DNA from: Hydrolagus colliei
Lineage: Eukaryota
Assembly: GCA_035084275.1 (NCBI GenBank)
Contig: JAYJKW010000344.1
Span: 248,001-312,000, forward strand
DNA length: 64,000 bases
Direction: 5' to 3'
Shown here: piece by piece, positions 62,338-64,000 of the stretch
Layout: each line of letters starts with the position of its first letter
How positions within the stretch are numbered: position 1 is the first letter of the stretch
Notes under the pieces: model-generated
Told to the model about the DNA's origin: nothing
What the model saw: the letters and a program-made list of their open reading frames with translations, nothing else
Database searches by the model: none
Program-made: the position numbers and the translations under genes

Positions 62338-64000
62338 CCTCAAGTAATAACAAACACTTTGGGATCATTTATCTGTACCTTAATTTTTTTGAATAGTATA
62401 ATAATCTGAAATTAAATTTGCTTTGGCAATTCAGTTTTTCATAAGATCTCAGGAAAACTTGTTTCAGAAATCAAATTGAGTTTACCATTTATTCACATGG
62501 AATGTTATGCTTTAACAGAATGTAATCTCCTCGCGGCCAGAGACTATGTTGATTCCTCGGTCTGTTGGAAGATGTTAACGAAAACAAACCTACATATTAC
62601 TCTGTTCTACCGCTGGTTCTGAGGGTTAAACATAAACCGAGCTCTCAGCCTCTCTCTGCACAGTCAGTAATCTCAATTTCAGCTGTTTGCAATTACGTTG
62701 TTCAATGCCGTCTAATGAAGTCTCACAAGTAATCACAGAGCAAACCATCACACCCCGAACACAAACAGATTCCATCCAATAATCCACAAATTACTCAATC
62801 TTCGCTTATTCTCAGCCCGAAGCACTCAGTAACTGAACAGTCAACACACACACTCCCTTTCCGCATCACACATGAAGTTCAGTACATTCAGCACAGTCAG
62901 AATTCCTTGCAGCACAACTAGTTACACAACATAATCTAATCATGTAATTAGAGGGAAATGAGATACCGTTTCCTTTCATCCCCAGCTCTGCAGGACTTTG
63001 AGCTAATCATCTCTGAAATCATTAGTTTGTGACTGATGCTGTTGTGTGACAAACATCTCACAAGCAGCTGCTACTTTTGCACTCCAGCATGGAAGTCACA
63101 GATTAGCGTTTGTTTATTGAACACCATCTCTGTTTTTTCCCCTACACAGCAGTTAATTTTAAGCAGAAAGCTGATGATTATAGATGAACAACGCTCTCTT
63201 GTGTGACAGAACATTGCGAGGAAGCACAATTCACTCAATCGCTGTAAAAATAAATTACCGTTAATTCTGAACTGCTAGTGTCACAGTTAAAATCGAGATT
63301 GGTGTGTGGGGGCCGCTGAGGAAATGAAACTATGAAACACATATTAATGTCTATATTAATTCGAACTAAAACCTTCACACTTATTTCAGTATGAACCGTG
63401 CACGTTGATTTGCTGTTGATTTCAGTTACTTACCAGCAACATGAAACAAAAATAAGATAACATTCCCAACAATCATCCCATTGCATTCAATCTACTGGTT
63501 TGTTAGTTGTAGAACAATTGAATCAAATATTGATTTTAAAAAATAGACACTAATCTCACATTTGGAGGAAATTTTATCTGTAATTTAAGATTTTGCTGTA
63601 GTGTATAAGATTACTTTGTATACTTAGAATTTGAACATTTGATGCTGAGTAACTCTGGTAAACCTGTTTCAAACCGAATTTAACAAGTACCCACATTTTT
63701 ACGGGATTTTACGCGTTACCAATCAATAAAAACATCCCCTATTATTTTGCTAACATATGTAAAGCATGAGGCGCTGCATTTTTAGTCACAATCGAGCATT
63801 ATGATCCGGCATTACTCGCAGATGGATATTCGTTGAATGAATAATGCACAAGTTCAAAGCACAAACAGCCAAATCACTTTTAGCAGAGAAAAAACTCCGA
63901 AATAGTCCGTTCATTAAATCAAATGTCTGTCAAACCGAACAAAACAAGCATATAAACAGAAAAGTTAAGAGCAGTGAGTGAGTTTTTGTCTCTTTCTTAC

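Overview
Eukaryotic genomic DNA, repeat-rich, with one 274-nt N gap. It is most likely from a cartilaginous fish and probably a holocephalan (chimaera/ratfish); this is inferred from the CR1/L2/Penelope/tRNA-SINE content and the IgH architecture. Recognisable genes: (1) On the minus strand at 53-59.6 kb, the constant part of an IgM-type heavy-chain cluster with six exons having intact splice sites: CH2-like a, CH2-like b, CH3, CH4+secretory tail, TM1, TM2. A duplicated CH2-like exon occupies the CH1 position. No V, D, J or RSS is visible in the 4.4 kb upstream. (2) On the plus strand at 22.9-26.9 kb, an LRC-type (LILR/FCAR/GP6/OSCAR-like) Ig-superfamily receptor with two tandem Ig exons (the second frameshifted) and a TM exon carrying an Arg. 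(3) Two GPR139-like class A GPCR paralogs, one with a frameshift and one with an intact main exon. (4) Four decayed tRNA genes within 2.5 kb. (5) A CpG-rich cassette fusing UQCC2 exon-1 sequence to a histone H2B C-terminal fragment. The remainder is LINE/SINE debris, probable non-autonomous DNA transposons, minisatellites and a ~1.45 kb-arm inverted duplication. Repeat boundaries are approximate and were read by eye.
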